64,000 nt of DNA from a virus. Both the position numbers and the translations under genes were made by a program. Position 1 is the first letter of the stretch; the number at the start of each line of letters is the position of its first letter. Where the stretch lies: positions 3,411 through 67,410 of the IMG/VR virus record IMGVR_UViG_3300012685_000002, one strand, 5' to 3'. Shown here piece after piece: positions 53,057 to 62,589 of the stretch. The notes under the pieces were generated by a model, which worked only from the letters and a program-made list of their open reading frames with translations, did not search any database and was not told the origin of the DNA.

Positions 53057-53785
53057 CTATTGTCCCTGTCCTGGGCGCGAACGAGCCTGTTGAGGAATCA
53101 TGCTCAAGGGCACTGCAGGCACCTGCATGATCGGACGCTTCATCGAGTAGTCGTAGACCATCACGGCTTCGTCGAAGAGTTCCATGAGCTCCATGTGGGC
53201 CTTGTCGAGCCACTGGGTCTCTTCGTCTGTGCGACGGTCCCGGATGGCCAGGAGCTTGGCCAGGGGATAGGTCACGAGATCGGCCCACTCATCGGGGATG
53301 GTGAGCGCCTGCGTGATGGCCGTGACCTTCGTCGGCAACGGGCTGAAGAAGACGTTGAGCTGCGTCACCAGGTTCGAGGGGTCCGTACCGAGCTCTAGGA
53401 GGTACTGCGAGATCCGACGCCCCCGCAGCACGGCGCGTGGCGAGACATCGAAGTTGGGCCAGCGGATCGAGACGAGGTTGACCTGTTGGCCCACTGCCGC
53501 ACCCGCGAAGGGCGTGCCGATGATCGCTGCGATCTCGGCGCGGGTCACCGCTGCCACGCCACCAGGAGCACCGGTGAGATCCCAGGTGTCCGTAATGGCC
53601 GTCCGAATGCTGGTGGCGCCGGTGGTGCCGAAGTACTCCGGGTTCAGCCGAGCCGCGCGCTGGAAGACGTTCCGCTCGTACATGGAGATGTAGTCCACAA
53701 CCTGCGTCACCGGAACGAGGGCTTCGTCGTTCAGGGAGGACATCTGCGTCGCACGGTCCCAGATCACTTGCGCGGTGGTGCTCAT
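53057..53785 (-). CDS. head-tail adaptor-like protein
   Basis: helical N- and C-termini, IPDEWADLV motif, position. Confidence 0.7.
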   Translation of the reverse strand: MSTTAQVIWDRATQMSSLNDEALVPVTQVVDYISMYERNVFQRAARLNPEYFGTTGATSIRTAITDTWDLTGAPGGVAAVTRAEIAAIIGTPFAGAAVGQQVNLVSIRWPNFDVSPRAVLRGRRISQYLLELGTDPSNLVTQLNVFFSPLPTKVTAITQALTIPDEWADLVTYPLAKLLAIRDRRTDEETQWLDKAHMELMELFDEAVMVYDYSMKRPIMQVPAVPLSMIPQQARSRPGQGQ

Positions 53786-54480
53786 TAGCGCTGCTCCATT
53801 CCACGAGCCTGCGTGTCCGACCGCTTCATCATGCCGAGCAGCAAGTCCTGCTTCTGCTGCTGGGCCCGGGCCACGACCATCTGGAGCACCTCCGGAGGGA
53901 TTGGCTGCCGGGGGTCCCCTGTCGCGTTGAGGAGGATGTTCATGGCCAAGTTGGTGGTGAAGAAGTCCCGGTGCTCGTCAGGACTCGCCAGGTTCTGGGA
54001 GAGGGAGACGATCCGCACCGCCTGCAACAGGAAGCGGTATGTGATCGTGTCCCCGTTGCCGATGAAGAAGTTGCGAGGCTGCCCAGGCTGCGTCCAGCCG
54101 ATCTCCTGCGGGTCGCAAGGGAAGAGAGTCTGGCCCCGGACGATAGCGGCTGGATGCTGGCCTGGATGGTCAAAGCGGCTGGAGGTGACGATGCTGATCG
54201 GCCAGACGATGCCTTGGCTGTCCACCCAGTTGAAGTTCCCATAGGTATCCACCGGCGTGCTCTGCAGGGCATACCCAGCGACGTTCTGGCTGGAGACCAC
54301 GGTGATGCTCGCGCCAGCATCGAGTCGCTCAGGGAACTGGTTGGAATATAGCTGGACGATGTCCTCATCGAGAACGGTCAGCACGCGCAGGAGCTGCTGG
54401 GTGTTGACCCCAGGCTCCCACACGTAGGGATACGCCATGGCGATGGCATCGTTCACAATGTCACTGACGAGTAGCGGCAT
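53785..54480 (-). CDS. second head-tail adaptor-like protein
   Basis: start MPLLVSDIV; similar architecture (SPDEHRDFF). Confidence 0.65.
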   Translation of the reverse strand: MPLLVSDIVNDAIAMAYPYVWEPGVNTQQLLRVLTVLDEDIVQLYSNQFPERLDAGASITVVSSQNVAGYALQSTPVDTYGNFNWVDSQGIVWPISIVTSSRFDHPGQHPAAIVRGQTLFPCDPQEIGWTQPGQPRNFFIGNGDTITYRFLLQAVRIVSLSQNLASPDEHRDFFTTNLAMNILLNATGDPRQPIPPEVLQMVVARAQQQKQDLLLGMMKRSDTQARGMEQR

Positions 54481-54730
54481 CGTACTTTCTCCACGAGTCC
54501 TTGTCCTCGACGAGATCCTTGTGCGACCGGTTGAAGTGCGCCGCGAGCAGCCCAGCGGTTGGGAAGGGCTTCGTGGGCGTACAGGCTGTGCAGATGTGCC
54601 GGGCCGAGGGAGCAATGGTCACCGTGTTCATCGGCAGCTCAGGCGCTTGCTGCAGCATGCTCGGCGGGTCCACCTGCTTCATCTCGTACTTCCCAGTCAC
54701 CGGGTCCTTCACACGCCAGAAGTGCGGCAT
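54461..54730 (-). CDS. C2H2 zinc-finger protein
   Basis: CTAC-x4-F-x5-L-x2-H-x4-H. Confidence 0.75.
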   Translation of the reverse strand: MPHFWRVKDPVTGKYEMKQVDPPSMLQQAPELPMNTVTIAPSARHICTACTPTKPFPTAGLLAAHFNRSHKDLVEDKDSWRKYDAATRQ

Positions 54731-55212
54731 CAGACGATTCCTTTCGCTCTCCGCCAGTTACCTTTTCCGGCGGCGTTGGAGGCAATAGCCATGTTCCACC
54801 AGTACTCTCGGGCGGCGGAGGCGATGTTGCGGCGCTCCTTCTGCTCCGCCAGCTCGCGCTTCGCTTCAGGCTGCTCCACTGTCTCTTCGTAATGCTCCTT
54901 GGACCGGAAGCTGTCGGCCCAGTAGAGCGTGGTGAAGAGCCGGTCATCGAGGGGCAGGAACTCACCACGGTCATCCTGCCAGGTGAACAGGAAGACCCCC
55001 TTCTTGCTGCTGCCATCAAGGTACGGCCGCAGGAGCTTGGGAGTCACCCAGGTCTTGGAGAGGGGGTGATGGCCGTAGTCCTGCGGGACGGCGAAGATGC
55101 ACCAGCGATTGCGCCGCATGTCCCAGCAGACATCAATATAGCTGGGTCCACCTTGGGATGCGTTGAACTGGTCGAGCTTCCGTTGGAAGTCGGGATCGAC
55201 GTGCTGTAGCAT
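54730..55212 (-). CDS. hypothetical protein
   Basis: start MLQHVDP with GGAGGAGG SD; PLDDRL motif. Confidence 0.75.
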   Translation of the reverse strand: MLQHVDPDFQRKLDQFNASQGGPSYIDVCWDMRRNRWCIFAVPQDYGHHPLSKTWVTPKLLRPYLDGSSKKGVFLFTWQDDRGEFLPLDDRLFTTLYWADSFRSKEHYEETVEQPEAKRELAEQKERRNIASAAREYWWNMAIASNAAGKGNWRRAKGIV

Positions 55213-55213
55213 A

Positions 55214-56710
55214 CTACTTTCCTCCTCCAGGTTGTTGGTTGAACTTGTCGAAGGCATCGAGCATGTCCTTCGGGCTCGTGGGATCGAAGATCGCCTTGAT
55301 GCTCTTCTTGAGCTCCTCAGCGAACTTGTCAGACTGATAACGAGTAAAGCGCGAGCGTGGACGGATGCTCGTACCTGGGATTGCCTCGGCTGGCGGCTCA
55401 GGCAGCGGGGCCCGCTCGAACGTCCCAGGTCCAGTCTTCTGGTAGCCGAGGATGCGGGCCTGGTCGATCATCTCGCCCTGGAGCCGACGGACTTGATCCG
55501 AGATCTTGCTCGCGAAGGCGCCACGGATGCTCTTGGGCTTGATGAACTTGAGACGCCGAGTCATACCCTGCTCGACATCGGCTTCCACGAACTTGTGGAG
55601 ATCTCGCGTCATCGTGCCCTCATCAAGGTGCTCGTTCACCACATGCCCCGTCATCTTGCTGACAGCACCGGGTTGAGTGACAGCGACTTGCTGCTCACCA
55701 GCGGCGGCATGGAGATGCTCACCCCAGATCCGACCGGCGGAGCCCTTGGGCTGACGCTCTAGGAGCTCGGCGATCTTTCCCTTGGTGAGACTGCGGGCGT
55801 CTACGAGAGGATAGCGTCTCAGAACCTTGTCTGTCGCAGTCGTCGTGGTGGGCGACATGAAGGCGTACTCCTTCTGCGTCACCTCACCCTCCGGCAGCAC
55901 CCGCGAGATGTGCGAGATGTCTTCGGCTGTTCGGCTCAGGGTCGCAGGATCGCCCAGGTTCAGTCGCGCGTTGTACGCCTCTGCCGTGGGATGGACCTTG
56001 AACAGCACTGGACCTTCGCCGTAGCCATAAGGAGCGGCATGAGTCATCGCCAACGTCTGACGCGGGGTCAGACGAATCGCTGCCTGAGCCATCTCATCCG
56101 CGATCCGGCTCTTGTTGAGGAGTCCTGGGCCAGTGGTCATGAGGCCGACGGGATCGCGAGAGGCATGGTAGAGGCCAGCCTTGGTCACAAGCATCCGGTC
56201 GAGCGGCGTGGCGAGGTTGCTCGTCTGGATGATGGTTCCCACTTGCCCGAGTTCGTTGGCTACTGAGCTCGCCAGACGGTTCGCTCCCGTGGCGAGTCCT
56301 TGTACGGTTCCCTTCGCGACATTGGTGACGGCAGCAGGCGCCTCAGGGTTGAGGGCTGCCCCACCGAGAATGGAGCCGAGCACAGCAGCATAGCCACCGG
56401 AGGCCGTCTTGGGCTGACCCCAGTAGTCGGCGAACTCTTGGTGCTGCTTCTCCAGGAAGTTCGAGAGGTTCTCGGAGGGAGAGAAGAGCATCGGAAGCGC
56501 GTAGCCTGCTTCTCCCAGACCGAGCATGAAGGAGCTGCCAGCATCCTTGAGCTCTTCCTTGCCGGTGTAACGCTGTCCAGGCGTAACGGCCGTCACGTCT
56601 GCTTGGGCACGGAAAGGAGCGGGAGCAGCCTTGGGAGCGGGGAGCGGGCTCCGAGGCATTCGTGGCAGGGGGTTTCGCAACCCATCGAAGAGTCTCTCGT
56701 GGTCATCCAT
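55214..56710 (-). CDS. hypothetical protein with putative ADP-ribosyltransferase-like domain
   Basis: LYHAS...IRLTP...AMTHA...GPVLFKV...EYAF pattern; TM-like segments upstream. Confidence 0.6.
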   Translation of the reverse strand: MDDHERLFDGLRNPLPRMPRSPLPAPKAAPAPFRAQADVTAVTPGQRYTGKEELKDAGSSFMLGLGEAGYALPMLFSPSENLSNFLEKQHQEFADYWGQPKTASGGYAAVLGSILGGAALNPEAPAAVTNVAKGTVQGLATGANRLASSVANELGQVGTIIQTSNLATPLDRMLVTKAGLYHASRDPVGLMTTGPGLLNKSRIADEMAQAAIRLTPRQTLAMTHAAPYGYGEGPVLFKVHPTAEAYNARLNLGDPATLSRTAEDISHISRVLPEGEVTQKEYAFMSPTTTTATDKVLRRYPLVDARSLTKGKIAELLERQPKGSAGRIWGEHLHAAAGEQQVAVTQPGAVSKMTGHVVNEHLDEGTMTRDLHKFVEADVEQGMTRRLKFIKPKSIRGAFASKISDQVRRLQGEMIDQARILGYQKTGPGTFERAPLPEPPAEAIPGTSIRPRSRFTRYQSDKFAEELKKSIKAIFDPTSPKDMLDAFDKFNQQPGGGK

Positions 56711-56726
56711 GCGAGGAAGATACCAC

Positions 56727-57086
56727 TTACTGACTGCCGCCACCACCACCCATCATCGCAGCGGCAATGGGGCTTGCGGGACCACCAGGGCCGCCTGGAG
56801 GGCCACCCTGACCAGCATTCTGGATAGAGGCCATGTTCCCAGCACCGGGCATCTGGCCACTGCCCATGAGAAGCTGGAGGATCTGCATGAGGGATTCAGC
56901 GGAGACTTGACCGCTCTTGAGGGCAGCCAGAAGGGAACCGATGTCGAGACCCCCAGCAGTGGAGCCCGGCCCTTGCTGGACCGGGTTCCCCTGGGGAATG
57001 CCTTGGGCACCGCGCACGGCTGCAGCGAGATCAGCGTGACCACCCTGCAGCGTGGAACCACGAGCGTTGCCTGCGTGGATCGGCAT
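56727..57086 (-). CDS. Gly/Gln-rich low-complexity protein
   Basis: GGAG SD; ORF. Confidence 0.7.
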   Translation of the reverse strand: MPIHAGNARGSTLQGGHADLAAAVRGAQGIPQGNPVQQGPGSTAGGLDIGSLLAALKSGQVSAESLMQILQLLMGSGQMPGAGNMASIQNAGQGGPPGGPGGPASPIAAAMMGGGGGSQ

Positions 57087-57096
57087 GCGTTACTCC

Positions 57097-57522
57097 CTAA
57101 GCGTACTTGCCGCTGAGCGCGAACTCCAGCGTGATGACCGCCACTCCCGGGCCGACGGTGGCCGTACCGAAGTTGTACTGCAGTACGAGCACATCCTTCG
57201 GGAGCACGAGCAGGTTGCTGTCCGACGTGAGGACCATCGGCAGCGCTACCTTGGCCACGTCTGCCGTCAAGTCCAGCGTGTTCGTCAGGTTCAGCGTTCT
57301 CGTGAAGTTCTGGATCTGCACCGTGGTCGTGGTACCGGTGACGTTCGCCGTCAACGGGACGAAGGTGGCACGACGCAGGAACATCCGTTCGATGGCTCCC
57401 AACAGGACCACGGTGACGTTCGCCGTACCGAGGGCCGGGGTTGGGATGGAGAGTGTTTCTGGAAAGGGACTGACCTTCCACCAGACGACGGTGCGGGCCA
57501 GATTGAGCTTGGGACCAGGCAT
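57097..57522 (-). CDS. putative capsid decoration/minor structural protein
   Basis: beta-rich, directly after MCP, GAGG SD. Confidence 0.7.
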   Translation of the reverse strand: MPGPKLNLARTVVWWKVSPFPETLSIPTPALGTANVTVVLLGAIERMFLRRATFVPLTANVTGTTTTVQIQNFTRTLNLTNTLDLTADVAKVALPMVLTSDSNLLVLPKDVLVLQYNFGTATVGPGVAVITLEFALSGKYA

Positions 57523-57542
57523 GTGTACCTCTCTTGCGTAGG

Positions 57543-57569
57543 GGTGGGGGGTCCGAAGACCCCCCTACC
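57543..57569 (-). terminator. strong hairpin after major capsid gene (terminator/attenuator or stability element)
   Basis: GGTAGGGGGGTC-TTCG-GACCCCCCACC; no U-tract. Confidence 0.5.
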
Positions 57570-57607
57570 AAGTTCTCACCGGGTCAACAGTGCCCGGGCA
57601 CCTGTGA

Positions 57608-58861
57608 CTACTCGCTGAGTCCGTACACGAACCCGTTCGCCGCCGGGAAGAGGCAGGCGAAGTTCCGGTACGTACGGAGAACCGCCCGGAACGTGTCTGA
57701 GGTGAGCAGGAAGTGCAGCACCGTGCCGTTCAGACCCTGAATCCATTCCACGTCCTTGTCGATGGCGTGGTACCACGTATCCACGTTGGCAAAGCCAATG
57801 TGGGTCGGTGGGAAGAACCGTTCGGCGATGACTGGGATGTCGTCGAACGCCAGCGTCGAGTCCTTGATACCCGCCGGGAGCACCATCGGTGCGTACCGAA
57901 TCTGCGGCGCGTACAGGTTGTAGATGTTCCGGCGCTGCTTGTAGTTCGTGACGATGTGCGTCGGGACGCGACCCGAGACTTCCATGATCGTGTCCACCGT
58001 GTCCCGCAGGTTGTCCGGGTCCAGATCGACCGTCGCTGCACCACCCGCTGCGGCATCGACCAGGACGCCGTTCCAGCCGTCCAGGCCTGACCGAGTGATG
58101 TTGAGATACGTGGTCGAACCGTTGGTGCCGTCATCGACGGCGCCGAAGAAGCCCACCGGCTCCAAGTTTTCCGAGCCTGCGTGGGTGACCAGATCCGCCG
58201 CCGCCACGGTTCCAACTTCCGCCGGGGCGTAGGTGATCGTGGTCGTGGTGGCCTGCTGCGTGACCGACGTGAGTGCCGAGTCGGCAACGTGGTTACCCGG
58301 CGAGCCGAGCGACGACGAGATGTCCACGTTCATGTTCCGGCGCAGGATGTTACGCACCGGGCGCGAGTCCTTGTAGGTCGCGAGACCGTACGGGCTCTTG
58401 ACCACCGCGACGGTGGCCGAGGTACGCGACACGACGGTGGCAATGACGCCATCGCCCTTGCCGAGGATCATGCGGGCCATCTCCAGCTTGACACCGGTGA
58501 CGGTGTTCTCCAGCTGCAGCGCGAGGGCGTCTTCGAACGCACCCGGGTTGTCGCGGGTGGCCGACATCGTCGGGCCCGAGATTTCGAAGATGGCGTAGAC
58601 GAACTTGGCCTGGACGAAGGCCTGGATCGGCTGATCCGTCACAGCGTCACCGAACGAGCCGGTGTCACCGCGAGCGTAGATGCCCTCGTTCCATCCGAAC
58701 TGAACCGGGAAGATGCCCTTGCGGCCCGACAGGGTGAGCTGCTGGGTGATCTTCTCGGCAAAAGGGGTGGCTTTGTTCAACGCGATCTGGATGGCGTCCA
58801 CGATAGGACGGTCCTTGAGGATCGCATCGACACGAGCCAGAGTTGCCTGGGTAACAGCCAT
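57608..58861 (-). CDS. major capsid protein
   Basis: size, position after scaffold, strongly biased codons, HK97-like pattern. Confidence 0.85.
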   Translation of the reverse strand: MAVTQATLARVDAILKDRPIVDAIQIALNKATPFAEKITQQLTLSGRKGIFPVQFGWNEGIYARGDTGSFGDAVTDQPIQAFVQAKFVYAIFEISGPTMSATRDNPGAFEDALALQLENTVTGVKLEMARMILGKGDGVIATVVSRTSATVAVVKSPYGLATYKDSRPVRNILRRNMNVDISSSLGSPGNHVADSALTSVTQQATTTTITYAPAEVGTVAAADLVTHAGSENLEPVGFFGAVDDGTNGSTTYLNITRSGLDGWNGVLVDAAAGGAATVDLDPDNLRDTVDTIMEVSGRVPTHIVTNYKQRRNIYNLYAPQIRYAPMVLPAGIKDSTLAFDDIPVIAERFFPPTHIGFANVDTWYHAIDKDVEWIQGLNGTVLHFLLTSDTFRAVLRTYRNFACLFPAANGFVYGLSE

Positions 58862-58952
58862 GGAAGTATACCTCGGGAGCGGGGGCTCCCCGTAAGGGAT
58901 TCACAACGATCTATTGTGTTGTGGCTTCCGAGGTTTCCAGTGCTGCGTGTCA

Positions 58953-58982
58953 ATAGTACACACAAGAAGAGCCTGCTGTCAA
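58953..58982 (-). promoter_or_regulatory. putative sigma70-type promoter of major capsid gene
   Basis: TTGACA-N18-TACTAT; -35 sits in the loop of an inverted repeat. Confidence 0.6.
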
Positions 58983-59015
58983 GGCAGGCTCTCTTGTCGC
59001 GGGGCGGCTACCAGA

Positions 59016-59210
59016 CTACGGCTCGGGAGGGTGCCAGCCGTCGTCCTTCCCGAAGTAGACCTGCCGAGCACCGTAGGTCAAGCTGACTCGCTCGACGCTC
59101 TGATGCTTGGACAGGATCTCCAGGAACTGACCGAGCAAGACGTTGACATCACTCTCGCTCTTGTTGTGGTGAACGCCTGTACCCTCGATGCTGATCTGCC
59201 AGTTTCCCAT
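59016..59210 (-). CDS. small hypothetical protein
   Basis: MGNWQISIEGTGVHHN; GGAG SD. Confidence 0.7.
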   Translation of the reverse strand: MGNWQISIEGTGVHHNKSESDVNVLLGQFLEILSKHQSVERVSLTYGARQVYFGKDDGWHPPEP

Positions 59211-59214
59211 GGGG

Positions 59215-60270
59215 TTAACGCTCCACGATGCGTGCGTTGATGGACTTGATCAGGTCACGGAACTTGCCACCGCCGCCTTCACGGACGCTGGTGCCGTCCT
59301 TGAGACCAGGGGAGGCGTCAGACTGACGCTGAACTTGGGCGGTAGCCGCCGAGCCTGCACCCACCTGCTGCTGGGGGGCCTGGCGGACAGCCGCCTGCTT
59401 CTGCGGCGTCACAACCTTTTGCTGCGTCTTGGCTTGCTGACGGGGGATGCCCTTGAGCTCAGAGACGAGCCCCTCGACATCCGTGAGCTCCAGATCGCCA
59501 CCGTTGGCCTTGACCGCAAGGGCCACGACCTTCTCAGCGGTGTCGAAGGAGACGCCATGGGCTCGCGCCGCTCTGCGAGTGGCGGCGATGACCTGATTCG
59601 CCTTCTCGCGCTGGTAGCGCTCGGACATGGCCCGTTCCCGACGCTGGGCTTCCATCAGTCGGGCTTCGGCCGAGAGCTCACGCTCCCAGGACGCCTTGGC
59701 CCGAGGGTCCTGCTCGACTTCCGTCATGATCTCGGAGACCTTCTTCCACACTTCGGGCTGGCTGAAGGCGAGGGCCAAGAGCACCTTGTCAGGGGCGTTC
59801 TTGAGCCGCTCCGAGAACTCCTGGTAGGACTGCATCACCTGGGAGGCTTCGAGCTGCTTCGTCAGGGCGTCCTGCGCCAGGTCTACGGCGGCAGCCACGA
59901 GCTTCTGGTACTGTGGGAGGAGCTCCTTGGGCACGTCTGCACCGGCGATGCCCAGGTCGATGCCCGCTTCGTTCAAGGCTCCCTCGATCTCTTCGAGCGA
60001 GACAACCTCTTCCGTCACGGTCTCTTCGGTGGTCTGCTGCTGCTGCGTTTGCTGCGTCTGCCCTTCGGGCAACACGGTGACGAGCGGCTCGGTGTCGGGG
60101 TTGGGCTGCAACGTGGCACCGATGTCGTCGTGTTGCTGGTTGGCAGCGGCGGCGGCGGCCGCGCGTGCCAGTCTACCTGCGTCGATTCCCTCAGCACCGC
60201 CTTGATCGGCAAGGTCCGCCGAGCTGAGAGTGAGATCGCCCGCACCGGCGGGCAGGACATCGTTAGGCAT
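59215..60270 (-). CDS. capsid scaffolding protein
   Basis: acidic/coiled-coil protein between portal and MCP; AAGGAG SD. Confidence 0.75.
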   Translation of the reverse strand: MPNDVLPAGAGDLTLSSADLADQGGAEGIDAGRLARAAAAAAANQQHDDIGATLQPNPDTEPLVTVLPEGQTQQTQQQQTTEETVTEEVVSLEEIEGALNEAGIDLGIAGADVPKELLPQYQKLVAAAVDLAQDALTKQLEASQVMQSYQEFSERLKNAPDKVLLALAFSQPEVWKKVSEIMTEVEQDPRAKASWERELSAEARLMEAQRRERAMSERYQREKANQVIAATRRAARAHGVSFDTAEKVVALAVKANGGDLELTDVEGLVSELKGIPRQQAKTQQKVVTPQKQAAVRQAPQQQVGAGSAATAQVQRQSDASPGLKDGTSVREGGGGKFRDLIKSINARIVER

Positions 60271-62380
60271 TGGACGACTCCTTCTTCTCAAACGGTTTGT
60301 TCTTCTTCTCGCCTTCAGCTTCCTTAGGTGGCATGAGGTACTGGACCAGCGCATCCACCAGCGCTTTGCCGAGCTCCGTCTTGACGTTCTGGGATGTCTC
60401 GGCGTCCGCCCGGATCTGGCGGAGTTGCTTCTCTTGATCGAGCATGGACTGCTTCTCTGCTTCGGCAGCCTGACTGATGGCTTGCTCGTGGCCGCTCATG
60501 TGCTGCATGAAGGCCTGCTTCTTGTTCGGGTCCCAGGCCTTGAACGAGAGCGTCTTGGGGAGCTTCGAGTGCTCCGCCATGTGCGTCTGATGGTTGTTGT
60601 GCGGCTCAACCTGCGGCGGCTGACCGGAGAGCTGCGGCTGACCTTGCTCATCCTGACCAGTGACCTGCAAGCCCGCGAACTGGTTGTTCTCGTTGCGGGC
60701 TTCGAGCACGTCGGGGTCGATAGCGTCTTGGGCCACGTCGATACCGGTAGCGTTCATGGCGGCGTTGATGCGGTCACGGTCGGGCTGACCATCCGGGCCA
60801 GCGAAGATGACGGCACCGGCTTGCGTATTCATAACGCCGATGACGGTGTCTCGCAAGCTCTGCCGGTCCCAGGTGTAGAGGGGGAGTTCATCGACGTGCA
60901 GGGTGGCTTGGAGGTTGTCCAGGTCCTGTCCCTTGAACTCCCGCCACTGATAGGTCTTGTCCGCACCCACGATGGCAATGGCGCGGGTCTCGGTGTAGAA
61001 CTTGGCGGCGTAGTCGAGGAGGACGTAGCCCATCTTCTCCCACGCGGACTTGGCGTTCATGACGGCGAGCATCGTCTGCTCACCCTCATTGCGCTGATGG
61101 GTCGGGAAGCGCACGGGCTTCGTCTGCTGTCCCGCTGCGGGCTTCTCATCCCGACGGAACTTGTAGCCGCCGACGGTCATGATGTCGTCGGACATGACCT
61201 GACGGAGCGAGTCGAACTGGGTCGGGAAGGCCGGAATCTGTGGCCACTCAGGGTCGGTCCCGGGCTGGACGACGACTTCCTGGCCGGGCTCTTCCGTGAA
61301 CTCGCCGTACTTGAGGCCATCACCGGTGTGACGAATGATCTTCGGGACGACCTTGTTCAGCCATTCCAGCTGCCGGGCCTCCAGTTCCTCGTAGTGCTTG
61401 TTTGACCAGGTGATGTCATAGAGCGGAGACAAGCCTAGGCTTGGATGGCCCGGCAGTGGAATCCACTTGAAGTGGACAATCGGGATCTGACGCCCCGGCA
61501 ACGGCTGGGGCGGCGTCACCACGACCTTGTTGTCCGCAGCGGTCCACCAGAGTCCCCCAGGATTCCGGTTACCACGCGGGAGATAGTGCTCGACGAGGAG
61601 CGCAGCAGGCTCCTTGGCAGGCATACCAGAGCTTAGCGTCTGCGGGAACACGCTCATCAGGTCCGTAGTAAGGGGGCCTGAGACTGTCTGGTAGCTCAAC
61701 TGATCAGCGATCTTGTCACCGTAGCGGTCTACGGCTTGATCGTAGGTGACGAGGTAGCCAACCATGACGCCGGAGTACTGCTGCATGCCCCAGCGCACGA
61801 GTTGCGGGGCGATGACTTCGACGCCAATCTCGCCTTGGTCCACCATCACGGGCTGCTGCATAGAGGGGTCGGGCTGAAGGGTGTCCGGATTGACCGGAAT
61901 GACACCCCCCTGTCCATCTGGAATCGCCAGCGGCAACATGTTCCCGGTGTTGGCATTCCAGTAGACCCGCAGATCGGCGTTCCCGGTTGCCATCAGCCAT
62001 GCGGCCAGGTCGATCCGCTTCTCTTCCATGCCCAGCTTGTCCCACAGGTACTTGAGCACCTGATCCGCCAGCTCGGCAGCGGCGATGCTGTCGGGGGAAT
62101 CAGGCACGGCACTCCAGCGCACGCGGCTCTGGAGGAACTGACCGACGTAGTCCGCGAAGAGAGCCTGGGTGAAGTTGGAGATCGGGAACCGACGCCAGTC
62201 CGGGATCTGCTTCTGGTCCACTTCCATCAGGATGCGCCAGTGCAGGGAACGAATGTAGTCTACCACGCGCTTCCACCGTTCCACCCAGAAGGCGTAGAAA
62301 GCATCGTGGTTGTGCCACATGTTGATCGAGTACGTCATGTACTCTTGGGCGCTGGCTTCTGGCTTCGGCAGACGGGGCAT
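60263..62380 (-). CDS. portal protein
   Basis: 705 aa after terminase; P22-like portal features including C-terminal coiled coil. Confidence 0.85.
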   Translation of the reverse strand: MPRLPKPEASAQEYMTYSINMWHNHDAFYAFWVERWKRVVDYIRSLHWRILMEVDQKQIPDWRRFPISNFTQALFADYVGQFLQSRVRWSAVPDSPDSIAAAELADQVLKYLWDKLGMEEKRIDLAAWLMATGNADLRVYWNANTGNMLPLAIPDGQGGVIPVNPDTLQPDPSMQQPVMVDQGEIGVEVIAPQLVRWGMQQYSGVMVGYLVTYDQAVDRYGDKIADQLSYQTVSGPLTTDLMSVFPQTLSSGMPAKEPAALLVEHYLPRGNRNPGGLWWTAADNKVVVTPPQPLPGRQIPIVHFKWIPLPGHPSLGLSPLYDITWSNKHYEELEARQLEWLNKVVPKIIRHTGDGLKYGEFTEEPGQEVVVQPGTDPEWPQIPAFPTQFDSLRQVMSDDIMTVGGYKFRRDEKPAAGQQTKPVRFPTHQRNEGEQTMLAVMNAKSAWEKMGYVLLDYAAKFYTETRAIAIVGADKTYQWREFKGQDLDNLQATLHVDELPLYTWDRQSLRDTVIGVMNTQAGAVIFAGPDGQPDRDRINAAMNATGIDVAQDAIDPDVLEARNENNQFAGLQVTGQDEQGQPQLSGQPPQVEPHNNHQTHMAEHSKLPKTLSFKAWDPNKKQAFMQHMSGHEQAISQAAEAEKQSMLDQEKQLRQIRADAETSQNVKTELGKALVDALVQYLMPPKEAEGEKKNKPFEKKESSNA

Positions 62381-62589
62381 TAGAGCGCCTCATTCGGGAA
62401 AGGAGGACGTGGCACGGTCTTGGGACGTGGCGGTGTTGGAGTCTCCGGACGGAAGCCGTCATAGCGGAGACGTTGGAAAGCCTTGTTCGTGGGCCGGACG
62501 TAGGCAAAGAGCCAGATGAGGCCGTCGAGGGCCACGCCGACACCCACACCGGCGACGAAGATAAGCTCTACCGCATTGAGGCCGAACAT
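62380..62589 (-). CDS. small membrane protein
   Basis: one TM helix; TAATG coupling. Confidence 0.7.
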   Translation of the reverse strand: MFGLNAVELIFVAGVGVGVALDGLIWLFAYVRPTNKAFQRLRYDGFRPETPTPPRPKTVPRPPFPNEAL

